The translations under genes were made by a program, and so were the position numbers. A DNA stretch of 64,000 nt from a virus (Duplodnaviria > Heunggongvirae > Uroviricota > Caudoviricetes). This document shows positions 1 to 10,562 of this stretch, piece after piece; position 1 is the first letter of the stretch; each line of letters begins with the position of its first letter. Where the stretch lies: positions 1 through 64,000 of IMG/VR virus record IMGVR_UViG_3300046385_000126. The stretch is one strand, 5' to 3'. A model generated the notes under the pieces. The model made no database searches. It was not told the DNA's origin and saw only the letters and a list, made by a program, of their open reading frames with translations.

Positions 1-154
1 TAAACGTCGTGATCTTTGGAGAAAGATTCGTTACGGTGATTGGTCACGTATTCGGACAAAGAGTCCACGGTTACCTAAGAAGCCAATTCAAGGCAACCAC
101 CACTTATCACATGCGGCGGCTGGTTACTATACATCAGGGTTCTATGATGCTGTT

Positions 155-727
155 GTGTTAGTCGCTGATGCTATTGGTGAGAATGAGTCGCTGGCTGTGT
201 ATGTTGCCTCGGAAGGCAGACTCCAGCCGACACCTCTGTTTACGATGACATATCCAGATTCTCTTGGTTTGTTTTACAGCTATCACACTGCACGTGTTGG
301 AATGACGCCACTCCAGGACGAAAACAAGTTTATGGAGCTGAGCAAACAAAGCTGGATCAGGCATGATCAAAGCGTTTATGAAACGGTCGATATGGATGGA
401 CACATCTTCCGGACGACTCGCAACTTACATCGCCGTCCGGAAGTGCTTGAGACTCATCCAGATGTACAGGCTCGGATTGCTGCAACTACGCAGGATATTC
501 TTGAAGGTGCGTTAGAGCGGATTTACCTAAAGTTTAAAGACCGTAGTAAGAACCTTGTCTTCACTGGAGGGGTTGCATACAACACTTTAGCTGTTAACCG
601 CTTGCGTAGGCATGCAAAGAACATATACGTCCCTTCACATCCAGGAGATGCTGGTAGCGCGCTCGGTGCTATTCTCCAACACACCCATCAGCATATTGAG
701 TTGCCAAACGGTAAGATGTTTACCTAA
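155..727 (+). CDS. C-terminal part of a carbamoyltransferase (NodU/CmcH/Kae1-like family). The ORF probably continues upstream of the window.
   Basis: The motif LVFTGGVAYNTLAVNRL resembles the GGVALN signature of NodU/HypF/Kae1-type carbamoyltransferases. A clean ORF runs to a stop at 727. Confidence 0.45.
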   Translation: MLVADAIGENESLAVYVASEGRLQPTPLFTMTYPDSLGLFYSYHTARVGMTPLQDENKFMELSKQSWIRHDQSVYETVDMDGHIFRTTRNLHRRPEVLETHPDVQARIAATTQDILEGALERIYLKFKDRSKNLVFTGGVAYNTLAVNRLRRHAKNIYVPSHPGDAGSALGAILQHTHQHIELPNGKMFT

Positions 728-735
728 TATGAGGT

Positions 736-951
736 TTGCGTTATCATGGAGGCATGAAGCGCAAACCACAACTCAAACTGGGCGACCTTGTCCAGTATTT
801 TGATATAACTGGAGTCATTTCTCAGTTCGTATCCGACACCACAGTCACCATCATTGTTCCAGACCCCCATTGGCCGTTTCCACGTTATATCAACGTCGAT
901 CGTTGCTTTTGCGAGGAGGTTATTGTAGAATATGAAGATGCACCATTTTAA
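736..951 (+). CDS. hypothetical protein
   Basis: 71-aa ORF in a tightly packed co-directional gene run. No recognisable domain. Confidence 0.3.
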   Translation: MRYHGGMKRKPQLKLGDLVQYFDITGVISQFVSDTTVTIIVPDPHWPFPRYINVDRCFCEEVIVEYEDAPF

Positions 952-962
952 CGGAGATCACT

Positions 963-2123
963 ATGAGTAGTGCTGAAAGTGAAGTAGATCGAGCGTTGGC
1001 TTCACTACGAAACATTACACGACGACCGCGTCGGCGACCACGACGTAGAGCAAGTCGTGTTGCGTTAAACAAATATTGGACATGGGGTCCAGACGAATTA
1101 AACTTTCCTGAACTGAAAAAACAAGACATGAGCAACAATAACCTTTTTATCGGTCTGTCAGATTTGAACGACCACACCGTCACGAGCCTGTTGCAAGGCC
1201 AGATGAAAGACGGTATCAACACTGTTGTTGATAACTTCTCTGTTCTTGCTACACGTGAGAAGTGGAACGAATTCTTGTTTGAGCTGAATGATGTTCAATT
1301 GACGCAGATGAAAGGTCGTTTCGGGATTGTTAATTTCCGTGAAAAGAGTTTGTTCTTCACATACAGCATTAGCTCTAGTGATGTTGAGATCGAGGCATTT
1401 GGTTCGGATATCGATGTCAAATGGGTCACTGACTGGATCCGTGACCAGTTCGAAGAAGTTTTGACTGAAATCGAATGGATTTACGGTTCGGATGGGTCAT
1501 CCATTCAAATTCCGCTGCGCGCTGATCGTCATCCTGTAGCTGAAATGTATCCCTTCCTCGGTGATGAAACTCTTGAGCAGTACTACGAGCGTTACATGGC
1601 TTCGAGTGCCTCCATCTTGCTGTTGATTGGTCCTCCTGGCACAGGTAAGACATCGTTCATTCGTGGCCTGATGCAGCATACACAATCGAGCGCAATCGTG
1701 ACATATGATGAGAACATTATGTCCAAGGACTATGTGTTTGCAAACTTCATCGAAGGTGATAAGAACCTGATGGTGATCGAGGATGCAGATATGTTCTTGA
1801 AGGCTCGTTCAGAAGGCAATACGACTATGCACAAGTTCTTGAACGTTGGTGATGGTTTGGTGACCACACGAAACAAGAAACTGATCTTCTCAACCAACTT
1901 GCCATCGATCCGTGACATTGACCCTGCACTGATTCGTCCAGGTCGTTGCTTTGATATTGTCACTTTTGACTTACTCGACCAACAAGCAGCAGAAAAACTT
2001 GCAAAGAAGATGAATGTGACGTTGACTGAAACGAAGGACAAGTGGAACATTGCTGATATCTTCAACAAGCAAACGTTTGATCCGCACATCACAACCAAAC
2101 GTACAACTATGGGATTCGTATGA
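963..2123 (+). CDS. AAA-family ATPase
   Basis: Walker A LLLIGPPGTGKTSF and Walker B-like LMVIEDAD. 386 aa. Start is preceded by GGAG. Confidence 0.6.
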   Translation: MSSAESEVDRALASLRNITRRPRRRPRRRASRVALNKYWTWGPDELNFPELKKQDMSNNNLFIGLSDLNDHTVTSLLQGQMKDGINTVVDNFSVLATREKWNEFLFELNDVQLTQMKGRFGIVNFREKSLFFTYSISSSDVEIEAFGSDIDVKWVTDWIRDQFEEVLTEIEWIYGSDGSSIQIPLRADRHPVAEMYPFLGDETLEQYYERYMASSASILLLIGPPGTGKTSFIRGLMQHTQSSAIVTYDENIMSKDYVFANFIEGDKNLMVIEDADMFLKARSEGNTTMHKFLNVGDGLVTTRNKKLIFSTNLPSIRDIDPALIRPGRCFDIVTFDLLDQQAAEKLAKKMNVTLTETKDKWNIADIFNKQTFDPHITTKRTTMGFV

Positions 2124-2407
2124 AACAAATTTGGACAGTAACACCAGAGGTAGATGGTGATGATATGATCCTTCCACTGCCCGATGATATGATTAAGACA
2201 CTTGGCTGGCAGCAAGGTGATATCATTGACTGGAGCATTGAGGATGGCAAGGTGATTGCTAAGCGTATGCCATCACAAGCTGTTGTTGATGAATGCACCA
2301 AGATTATTGATGGTTACATTCCTGTTGCTGAAACGACAGAACAGATTGATGCTATCCATCAGTACCGCAGCGATATTATCATGGCAATCTACCGGAGGTT
2401 TACATGA
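2120..2407 (+). CDS. hypothetical protein
   Basis: 95-aa ORF whose start overlaps the upstream stop (ATGA), suggesting translational coupling. Confidence 0.4.
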   Translation: MKQIWTVTPEVDGDDMILPLPDDMIKTLGWQQGDIIDWSIEDGKVIAKRMPSQAVVDECTKIIDGYIPVAETTEQIDAIHQYRSDIIMAIYRRFT

Positions 2408-2613
2408 AGGCATTGAAGATTACAGGGTGCTCTGACTCTTTGATGTGGTATTCGAAAAAGATTGGACAGTATGTTGATTATCTCGGTGAAGATGTTGACA
2501 GAAAGGGTCCAATCTTTTGGAGCAGAGATAATGGTGGATACAAAAACATTGTGTTCAAAAAAGACGCTGAAATTGTTGAAGTAGATGCAAAGGATGGTAA
2601 ATGGCCCGTGTAA
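2404..2613 (+). CDS. hypothetical protein
   Basis: 69-aa ORF with overlapping ATGA start/stop coupling. Confidence 0.4.
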   Translation: MKALKITGCSDSLMWYSKKIGQYVDYLGEDVDRKGPIFWSRDNGGYKNIVFKKDAEIVEVDAKDGKWPV

Positions 2614-2787
2614 TTCTAATATTCCTGTTGATGACAGGATCGATCGCTATCGGTATTTCTACCTTCCGAGAGCTAACAGGTAAAGAAAAATGGCAGTTGA
2701 CGAAGTTGGTTGCTTACGGTACAATGTGTGCTGCAATCGCATTTGTGATTCTTGGTTTGGTTGTTTCAATTTTTTAAAGAGGATATC

Positions 2788-3606
2788 ATGAAACGTTTTA
2801 GTATGATTATTGGTTTGGTGTTGGCTGCAGTGTTTGCAACTGGATGCACCCGGATCGAGACTGGTGAAGTTGGCTTGCGTCGCGGCTTCGATAAGCAAGT
2901 GAGTGGCCAAGAGCTGTTGCCTGGTTCGTTCAACCAGACGATTGTTGGTGAGGTGCTGACGTTCCCGATCAAGGACGTTACCGTTAAGGTCGAGGACATG
3001 ACTCCTTTGGCTAAGGATAACAGCACAATGAAGGACTTTGACGCGATCGTTGTGTACAACATTAACCAGGCCAACGTCAGTGACCTGTACAACACGAAGA
3101 ACCGAAGCTTCCACGCTGTTCACAACGGTGATGTGTACTTGATGTACAACTATGTTTTCAACGCAACACGAAACGCTATCTACAAAGCTTCGCGTAAATA
3201 TGAAGCATTGGACATGGGTGATAACCGACAAGCAATGGAAGCTGATATTCGCGACATCGTCATCAAGACTTTGGCAGAAGAAAAGCTGGACGGTATGATT
3301 AACGTTAGCCAGGTGTTGGTTCGTAACATTGTCCCTGCTGATGCTATTGTTGCCAGCGCCAATGACTTGGTTCGCAGCAAGAACGAGTTGAAGCAAAAAG
3401 AAGTTGAAGTTGCAACTGCTCAAGCAGAAGCACGCCGTATTGCAGCTTTGAACGCTAACGCTGGTGCTATTCAGTACATGGATGCTCAAGCTCGCATGAT
3501 GCACGCCGAAGCTGCAAAGATCCAAGCAGAAGGTATTCGTAACTTTAAGGGCACCACATTGGTCCTGGGTTCAGGTGCTATCCCTAACGTACCTTTGAGC
3601 AAGTAA
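2788..3606 (+). CDS. putative lipoprotein with an SPFH/band-7-like region
   Basis: The N-terminus MKRFSMIIGLVLAAVFATGC carries a lipobox-like signal. A coiled, Ala/Gln-rich C-terminus follows. Start chosen at the internal Met after GAGGATATC. Confidence 0.45.
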   Translation: MKRFSMIIGLVLAAVFATGCTRIETGEVGLRRGFDKQVSGQELLPGSFNQTIVGEVLTFPIKDVTVKVEDMTPLAKDNSTMKDFDAIVVYNINQANVSDLYNTKNRSFHAVHNGDVYLMYNYVFNATRNAIYKASRKYEALDMGDNRQAMEADIRDIVIKTLAEEKLDGMINVSQVLVRNIVPADAIVASANDLVRSKNELKQKEVEVATAQAEARRIAALNANAGAIQYMDAQARMMHAEAAKIQAEGIRNFKGTTLVLGSGAIPNVPLSK

Positions 3607-3608
3607 TC

Positions 3609-4034
3609 ATGGACGACACCTTAGCTATCATTCTGCTAGCGGGTGTCCCACTCTTGGTTCTCTTGAGTGGGTTCCTCTATCATCTCCGTTCAGTTAGAAA
3701 AGAACGTGAAAGGAGAGCGGTACTTGTGCGTGAACGTCTGGCAGCGATTAGAGAAGCTGATTATCAACGTATGCGTGAAGTTGCTCGACGTAGTACACCT
3801 ACACAAAGCACCACAGTTCGATCTGTACCTGCTTCGTACACCACAAGTAATACAACAAGTGCTAGTGATGACATTCTTAACTTGGCGTTGATCAACAGCA
3901 TCACTAGCTCATCTGAGAGTTCACGTCCAACATCGTGGTCATCTTCTGATTCAAGTTCATCCTGGTCGTCATCTGACTCTAGCTCATCGTGGTCATCGTC
4001 TGATTCAGGATCCTCTCCTTCTTCTGATTGGTAA
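3609..4034 (+). CDS. membrane-anchored protein with a Ser-rich repetitive tail
   Basis: N-terminal hydrophobic helix. The C-terminus carries repeats SSSDSSSSWSSSDSSSSWSSSDS. Confidence 0.4.
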   Translation: MDDTLAIILLAGVPLLVLLSGFLYHLRSVRKERERRAVLVRERLAAIREADYQRMREVARRSTPTQSTTVRSVPASYTTSNTTSASDDILNLALINSITSSSESSRPTSWSSSDSSSSWSSSDSSSSWSSSDSGSSPSSDW

Positions 4035-4226
4035 GATTATGAAAAGTTTTTATGGATGGATTACGAAACATGCCGGTGGGATTTCAATGCTCGCTGCTGG
4101 TTTGTGTCTAATGGCGGGTACTCGTCTACTTGAGCAACAAGCATATGGTCTGGCAGCAATTGAATTTGCGCTTGCTGGTTTGAATATTTGGTTGTATAGT
4201 ACAGAGATCAACAACTGAGGTTAAAA

Positions 4227-4871
4227 ATGGAACAAGTGAAACGTGGATTCAAGCGCAAGACGATTGAACATACCATTCGTGACAAAATGAAAGCATGGCT
4301 CAACTCGATCGATGATATCGAGTTGCGTGATGTGGTTAAGAAAGACTACATCGTCACTGGTGGTGCAATCACCTCGATGCTGCTTGGTGATCTGCCAAAC
4401 GATTATGATGTGTACTTTCAGAACCCAGATGTCGCTGCGCGCCTGGCCAACTACTACATCAGTCGTCTGTCTACCTCCGACAATGAGATGACCAAGACTC
4501 CGATTGTCACTGTTCCATCAACGCGTGATCGCGTGGAAATTAAAGTACAGTCTGCGGGAGTGGCTGGTGAAGAGGTGGACCAGGACAAGTATGAGTACTT
4601 CGAAATGTACGAAGACGGTGCTCAACGTGCAGCCGCATATCTTGATGCAATGGCCTCTCGCAACACAGGCAAGTACACTGCTCTTGCCATTACTACCAAC
4701 GCGATCACGTTGTCTGACCAGATTCAGATCATCCTGCGTTTCGTTGGAGATCCACAAGAGATCCACAAGAACTATGACTTTGTGCACACTACCAATTGGT
4801 TCACACAGGAGCATGGTGTAGAACTGAATGTAGACGCACTACAAAGTGTTTCACACTGGAGATGGGTTTAG
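4227..4871 (+). CDS. hypothetical protein
   Basis: 214-aa ORF preceded by GAGGTTAAAAATG. No domain recognised. Confidence 0.5.
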   Translation: MEQVKRGFKRKTIEHTIRDKMKAWLNSIDDIELRDVVKKDYIVTGGAITSMLLGDLPNDYDVYFQNPDVAARLANYYISRLSTSDNEMTKTPIVTVPSTRDRVEIKVQSAGVAGEEVDQDKYEYFEMYEDGAQRAAAYLDAMASRNTGKYTALAITTNAITLSDQIQIILRFVGDPQEIHKNYDFVHTTNWFTQEHGVELNVDALQSVSHWRWV

Positions 4872-4948
4872 AACTTATTTTAGACGAAATATAATCGACT
4901 CTAGCACGTGAACTCAAGTACGTTGGTAGCAGATATCCAATTTGCTCG

Positions 4949-5272
4949 ATGTTCCGTTTAAAGAAGTTTATTAAGCGTGGTTGGACAATCACGGCTGGTG
5001 AGATGTTGAAGATTGCATGGGATATCAACAAACTCGATCTGAATGATCGTCTGGTGTTGCAAGATCAACTGACTGGTGTCGATGCTGCATACTTCCGTCA
5101 AATTATCGATTTGTTGAACAAAGATGATAAACCGATTGAAAGAACTTACTTGTTTGAGTTGATTAATCGCATCTTTGACGAGGATAATGACGTCTTGGAG
5201 AAAGTTGCTGAGACACAACCAAGTATTGGTGAGCAACTAAGAAAGAAACTGGAAGATTCGTTTAAGGAGTAA
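4949..5272 (+). CDS. hypothetical protein
   Basis: 107-aa ORF. Confidence 0.4.
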   Translation: MFRLKKFIKRGWTITAGEMLKIAWDINKLDLNDRLVLQDQLTGVDAAYFRQIIDLLNKDDKPIERTYLFELINRIFDEDNDVLEKVAETQPSIGEQLRKKLEDSFKE

Positions 5273-5275
5273 GAC

Positions 5276-5737
5276 ATGGATCTAGCATTGTTGGTTTACG
5301 GCATTAGTTTGCTGAACGGTTTCACTGGATTGGTCGGTATGGCTATTGTTGTAACAGGTGTTGTTACGATAATCTGTACGATCGGTACATTGACGTGGGT
5401 TTTTGATGGTTCCGAGTATAGTTGGAACCTCGACAAGGATGGTAACTTGAAGCCTCGGATTGCAGCAGCGCGTAAGCGTATGGTGCAAGGAATTAAATGG
5501 GGTGTGCCGGCCGTTGTTGTGCTCAGCTTCATTGCTGTGTTGATTCCAACGGAGAAGACTGCATACACAATGGTTGGTGCATATGCTGCACAAAAGGTTG
5601 CTGAGGATCCACGTGTTAAGGATGTTGGTGGTAAAGTACTGACGATCATTAACCAAAAGCTCGATCAATATGTTGATGAGGGTGTGGAACAAGCTGCCAA
5701 GAAGGCTGAGGAAGTTGCTAAGAAGGCAAAGAAATGA
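5276..5737 (+). CDS. membrane protein
   Basis: Two predicted TM helices and a K/E-rich C-terminus. GGAG lies upstream. Confidence 0.45.
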   Translation: MDLALLVYGISLLNGFTGLVGMAIVVTGVVTIICTIGTLTWVFDGSEYSWNLDKDGNLKPRIAAARKRMVQGIKWGVPAVVVLSFIAVLIPTEKTAYTMVGAYAAQKVAEDPRVKDVGGKVLTIINQKLDQYVDEGVEQAAKKAEEVAKKAKK

Positions 5738-5837
5738 AAAATATCTTAATCAAAATCCGTAACTTTATGTTTGAGCGATCTTTATCGATCGCTGACTGGT
5801 GGGCAATTAGTTTCATTGCCGTGATTGGTGGCTGGTT

Positions 5838-6383
5838 TTGGCTTGCAATCATTCCTTGGATTGTATTCTCTGTCTATATGTCGTTTTACGTGGTGGAGCA
5901 ATGAAGTCATTCCTCCATAGTAAGATCCATGTCAAAAAGTACGGAGGAAAGCCAGATGACTACGCCGACATCGACGATTTTATTGACAGTACTAAAGCAG
6001 CGGTCGCAGACGTCCGGCACCGAGCAGTACTTCATTCCGCATTCGGGTGCTTCCTTGTCGAGCGAATTTTTGGTCGTACGCGCATCAACTCAGACGGGAA
6101 AGAGTATTCTCCACGAGATGTTGCAGAAGACCACATACAACAAGACTTAGGATTCATTCCTACTATGGAACAATACTTGAACAATATGACCGTTCAACCA
6201 TGGATGAGTGGTACAGAAAAGAAGAACACTGGTCCTTCTGTTCGTCATATTGCTCTTGGTCCAAAATACATCGATTTATATGAGTGCACCGCACAGTTTC
6301 AATCGAAAGATCCTCACATGGATGCGCTGCAGTCGGTGTGGATTGATTTTGTTAAACAACAAAGCTACACGCAAAGAAGCTAA
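5838..6383 (+). CDS. hypothetical protein
   Basis: 181-aa ORF. The true start may be the internal MKSFLH. Confidence 0.35.
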   Translation: MACNHSLDCILCLYVVLRGGAMKSFLHSKIHVKKYGGKPDDYADIDDFIDSTKAAVADVRHRAVLHSAFGCFLVERIFGRTRINSDGKEYSPRDVAEDHIQQDLGFIPTMEQYLNNMTVQPWMSGTEKKNTGPSVRHIALGPKYIDLYECTAQFQSKDPHMDALQSVWIDFVKQQSYTQRS

Positions 6384-6432
6384 CCGAGTGTGTAACGGTA
6401 AACGTGAAGATGAGTAACTTAAAGGAAATATT

Positions 6433-6939
6433 ATGAGCGACCTGCAATCTGCATTTGACAAGCTGTTGGAAGAACAGCGAGCACTGACCGAGAAGTTTCA
6501 AGCAACAGCACAAGAGCTGTTCAAGGAAACGACAAAAGAGTTCTTTGATAAGAACCCCAGCGTCACCGCTGTGATCTGGAATCAATACACTCCATACTTC
6601 AATGATGGGTATACTTGTGAATTCAGTGTACAAGAGCCATACTTCACAAACACCAACACCGATCAATTCGAAGACATTACTCGCTGGGGTGAGTATGAAG
6701 GTGAAGATGAAGGTGTGTGGTCAGAGAGTGATTGGATTTTCACTGGCGACGGTGACTATGTCAAAGAGCGCCGCGCAAAGATGGATCTTACTGGTGTCGA
6801 TTCTACATCGATTAAAAAGTTCTCCAGCCTGCTTCAATCAAGTGATATGGAAGACGTGATGGAAGCGATGTTCGGTGACCACGTTCGCGTTGTTGCTACC
6901 CGCAACGGCTTTGACATTGAAGATTGCGATCACGACTGA
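6433..6939 (+). CDS. hypothetical acidic protein
   Basis: 168 aa. AGGAAATATTATG RBS. Confidence 0.45.
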   Translation: MSDLQSAFDKLLEEQRALTEKFQATAQELFKETTKEFFDKNPSVTAVIWNQYTPYFNDGYTCEFSVQEPYFTNTNTDQFEDITRWGEYEGEDEGVWSESDWIFTGDGDYVKERRAKMDLTGVDSTSIKKFSSLLQSSDMEDVMEAMFGDHVRVVATRNGFDIEDCDHD

Positions 6940-7253
6940 TGTACCCGAAAGAAGTTGCTGAATTTATCCGTGACTTCGAGCCCGCTCCTTTTGCCAATCT
7001 GGATAAGGAGGGGGTTCAGAAGATCAAAAAGATAATCGCCAAGGATGAGGAAAAGAATAAGAAGTTATGGGAAAAGATCCGTGGTGCACGAGCTGTAATG
7101 CAAACAATGTGCATGCATGGTGACTTCCAAGTCGAATCAAAGTATCATGCTGGCGACTACTACAACAAAAGTTATACCGACTACACTGTCAAGTGTGGAA
7201 TATGTGGATGCATCCTGCATACTACAGATAAAGAGCATGGCTCATATGGATAA
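6924..7253 (+). CDS. hypothetical Cys-rich protein
   Basis: 109 aa with CGICGC and CMHG motifs. May bind Zn. Confidence 0.4.
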   Translation: MRSRLMYPKEVAEFIRDFEPAPFANLDKEGVQKIKKIIAKDEEKNKKLWEKIRGARAVMQTMCMHGDFQVESKYHAGDYYNKSYTDYTVKCGICGCILHTTDKEHGSYG

Positions 7254-7256
7254 GTT

Positions 7257-7526
7257 ATGAAACTTGAATTTACAATGTGTCATTCACAGCTGGTCAGCAT
7301 GATCTTGCTGCCAGAGATGCTTAGACGTGCTGTGACCAAATACGAAGCGACTGCACCTGATATGGACGGTGAAGGGTTCAATGGGTTTATGGAAGTGAAG
7401 GCAACATTCTATATACGAGATCTTCAAGCATTCAATGAGCTTTACCAAAAATCATATGTGTTCCCTTCTGATCGTACCGCGTGGTATCACGGAATCAAGA
7501 ACGGACTCGACAAACTGAACCAATAA
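7257..7526 (+). CDS. hypothetical protein
   Basis: 89-aa ORF. Confidence 0.4.
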   Translation: MKLEFTMCHSQLVSMILLPEMLRRAVTKYEATAPDMDGEGFNGFMEVKATFYIRDLQAFNELYQKSYVFPSDRTAWYHGIKNGLDKLNQ

Positions 7527-7527
7527 G

Positions 7528-8082
7528 ATGACCCTAGCATACATTCAACCGACCGCAGGATATTTTGATGAAGACCGTTTGGTCGAGGCATCGAGACAGA
7601 TTAGTGGAATGTATCCTAATCTTGAACAAATCAACTTACGTCGTCCTGCAAGCATTACAGACTCGTATGGGGTTACCTATGGTGCGGGAAGTTTGTACAC
7701 ACCTGAACTTCAACGTCAAGGTGCTTCGGAACACATCTGGACCGATTACATTGGTTTGTTTAAAGACAATTACCTGATCGAGGTTTGTAAGGCAATGGCC
7801 AACACTATGTCGAGTGTGTTTGGTATAGAGATCGGTCGTGCTCGGTTGATGCACGTAGCACCAAAGACCAATCTTACGTTACATACAGATCATGGCGTTC
7901 AGTATCGATTTCATGTTCCCATCGTTACCAACCCAGATGTGTTCTTCGTTACCAATGATGAAGTTGAACGGATGCCAGAGGTTGGCCGGTTATACGTTTA
8001 CCGCACTGACGTTCCACACACTGTCGTAAACGCTTCACGTTCAAAACGTACACACCTTGTTATCTCCGGCTGGAAGAAATGA
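7528..8082 (+). CDS. putative 2OG-Fe(II) oxygenase (aspartyl beta-hydroxylase-like)
   Basis: HTDHGVQYRFHVPIV resembles the HxD...H iron-binding motif of AspH-type dioxygenases. Confidence 0.4.
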   Translation: MTLAYIQPTAGYFDEDRLVEASRQISGMYPNLEQINLRRPASITDSYGVTYGAGSLYTPELQRQGASEHIWTDYIGLFKDNYLIEVCKAMANTMSSVFGIEIGRARLMHVAPKTNLTLHTDHGVQYRFHVPIVTNPDVFFVTNDEVERMPEVGRLYVYRTDVPHTVVNASRSKRTHLVISGWKK

Positions 8083-8624
8083 TTAACCTGTTTGCAACAC
8101 CAGTCCTGATATACGACAATGTGTACAACGACCCAAAGGCAGCCGCTGCTATCGCAGAACAAGCAGTTGCAAACGCAGAGAAGCAGCCCGAATGGGACTG
8201 CAATATTTTAACTTCGTTTGCACAAAGCAGTAGACTGCACGAGCTGCAGACGCTCAGACCACTGATCAGTGTAGTCACACGGTACGCAAGCGTGTACAGC
8301 AAGTCATTGTTCAATAAAGACGCTAAAGTGCTACACAGCTGGGCCAATGTAGCACGGTCAGGTCAGTACCAGGAGCATCACAACCACCTAGGTGATCGCT
8401 CGGCTTTCTCAGGGGTATACTATCCTCAGACTCCAGAAGGTGAAGATCTGATCATGCATAGCCCATTCCAGAATATTATACTGGCTGGACGTCAGACAGT
8501 CAACCTTATTCCAGTGGTCACGAATAGGTTGATTTTGTTCCCTTCGTACCTCGACCACTCGTTCAAAGCAAGGGACAGGGACACCCCTAAGATATCGATC
8601 GCATTCAACTTCGTGTTGACATAA
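8079..8624 (+). CDS. putative 2OG-Fe(II) oxygenase-like protein
   Basis: EHHNHLGDRSAFSGVYYP resembles a TIGR02466-type oxygenase motif. Weak. Confidence 0.3.
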   Translation: MINLFATPVLIYDNVYNDPKAAAAIAEQAVANAEKQPEWDCNILTSFAQSSRLHELQTLRPLISVVTRYASVYSKSLFNKDAKVLHSWANVARSGQYQEHHNHLGDRSAFSGVYYPQTPEGEDLIMHSPFQNIILAGRQTVNLIPVVTNRLILFPSYLDHSFKARDRDTPKISIAFNFVLT

Positions 8625-8671
8625 AATCAAAACCATGTTATAGTGGACTCACATTAACACATGGAGTCTAT

Positions 8672-9094
8672 ATGACAAACGCCACTGATCAAGATTACGG
8701 TTCCCGTAAGCTCGACCACTACAACAAATGGTTGCTCGACCCTAAGCGTCCGTCTGGCGAACGCTATCCTGGTTTCCCAGAAGATGTGATGACTGAGAAA
8801 GCACGAGCAAAGATCATCGCTGAATACACTGCTAAAGCAGAAGCACGCGCTGCTGCCAAAGACCTCCCTGAGAAGAAGAAAAAGGCATCCGTCAAGAAGC
8901 CTGTGTCAGGTGCAAAGAAAGCAAAGAGCTTGCCTGGTGAAAGCAAACTCGATAAAGCGATTGTCATCTTCGAAAGGATCGGGGATAATAAAGCTGTTGT
9001 GATTGAGACGATCCAGAAAGAGTGTGGAATGACCCCGCTTGGTGCACAGACGTACTATTACAACGCTCGTAAACACTTTTCACAGAAAGCTTAA
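8672..9094 (+). CDS. hypothetical basic protein
   Basis: 140 aa with a Lys-rich central segment. Confidence 0.4.
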   Translation: MTNATDQDYGSRKLDHYNKWLLDPKRPSGERYPGFPEDVMTEKARAKIIAEYTAKAEARAAAKDLPEKKKKASVKKPVSGAKKAKSLPGESKLDKAIVIFERIGDNKAVVIETIQKECGMTPLGAQTYYYNARKHFSQKA

Positions 9095-9095
9095 T

Positions 9096-9371
9096 ATGTC
9101 CAAATTGACCCTGAAACAAAAGATCCGTGGTGCATTGTACGGTACCGGTATTGGTATGACTGATGAGCAGCTCGCTGCTATGCTCAACACAACTGCTGGT
9201 GCTGTTCGTGGCACACTGAGCATGTTGCGCAACGATGATGGTTTCACTGTTGTCAAACGCTTGGTGATGGAAGACAATAAAGTCACCAAAGCGAAATACT
9301 TCATGCCTGCAGGCGTTGCAGAAGATGTGTATACACGCCTTGGCCGTCCATCGCATCTGATGGTAAAGTAA
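9096..9371 (+). CDS. hypothetical protein
   Basis: ORF starting MSKLTLKQKIRG. Confidence 0.4.
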   Translation: MSKLTLKQKIRGALYGTGIGMTDEQLAAMLNTTAGAVRGTLSMLRNDDGFTVVKRLVMEDNKVTKAKYFMPAGVAEDVYTRLGRPSHLMVK

Positions 9372-9564
9372 TCACAAGGAGCACTCTATGACAATGGCAG
9401 CAATTGATTCGATCCAGCGCGCTGTAATCGAAACTGATATGGACATCGATATGGTGTACAATCAGTATGTCCACGACTGGAGTGCAATCCTTTCCCCTTC
9501 CGAACTGGAACGAGTGTGGGAAGCTGCACTCACGATGATCCCTGAACTCAACTAAGGAACAATC

Positions 9565-9828
9565 ATGCATACGCAATCCTCTAGTCAATCTCGTTTGAAG
9601 AACGATACACTGGGCAACACTGCTCTTACTGAGCTGTACTCAGCGTTTGAGATGATGGACCTTGACAATTTCCGTATCTTTGCGGAAGGTGTTGTGATGG
9701 CTGGTGGTGGCAAGCAACCTCGCAAGCTCGAGATCTGCAATGCCATCAACGATCCACGTACGACGAAGGCCCAAGCTCTGAAAAAGGCTCAGGACTTTAT
9801 CTTGGCCGGCATGGGGTTAGGCGTATGA
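9565..9828 (+). CDS. hypothetical protein
   Basis: 87-aa ORF. AGGAACAATCATG RBS. Confidence 0.4.
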   Translation: MHTQSSSQSRLKNDTLGNTALTELYSAFEMMDLDNFRIFAEGVVMAGGGKQPRKLEICNAINDPRTTKAQALKKAQDFILAGMGLGV

Positions 9829-9975
9829 TTGGTACTCTTTTGATCTTGCTCGGTTGCGGTGCAATCGTGCTGTCATCTGCTTTGGATGGCAATCCTACAT
9901 CCGAGCGATGGCTCGGTGTTTCAATTTTATTTTGTGTCGGTATAATCCTGCTGTATGCGGGTGGAGGTATGCTCA

Positions 9976-10395
9976 ATGGATGAACAAGGAACGTTCTCGA
10001 TCAATTATGAGAACATCATGAAGGCAAACAACCTGTTGGCCGTCACGAAGATGCTGGCATCTGATATGCAACGCAATGCATACATGACGCCTGGTGACTT
10101 TATGAAGAACCTATCTGATGGTGATCTTCACTATCTCGTGGGCCTCTGTGAGGAAGAAGACAATGAACACTTTGCTGAGCTGATGCTGATGGCAGAGATG
10201 CTTGCGCAAGGCGAGGGTTTGCCTCGTGCTAATGAAGAGCAGATGATGCACCGTGTCAATGGAATGGTCGGGTTCATTGTGTGTGAGTCTCTTGCACGCC
10301 GAGGAATGGTCAAGATCCACCGCGAGAATATGTCATTCGGTGAAGACATGGCCAAGGCTGTACTTGTGGAGCGTATCGATGAAAATGACAATTGA
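9976..10395 (+). CDS. hypothetical acidic protein
   Basis: ORF with start chosen at MDEQGTF. Confidence 0.4.
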   Translation: MDEQGTFSINYENIMKANNLLAVTKMLASDMQRNAYMTPGDFMKNLSDGDLHYLVGLCEEEDNEHFAELMLMAEMLAQGEGLPRANEEQMMHRVNGMVGFIVCESLARRGMVKIHRENMSFGEDMAKAVLVERIDENDN

Positions 10396-10562
10396 CCAAC
10401 TGATCGATGAGCTCAAAGAGATTGCTCTGCAACAAGCATGGGATGATGATGAAGACTTCATGGCTGATGACTATGCAGGTGGAAACATCGATGATGCGTT
10501 CTATGGTGGACATCGAAGCGGTCGGATCGATATGGCGCGTGAAGTGCTGATTAACCTAGGGA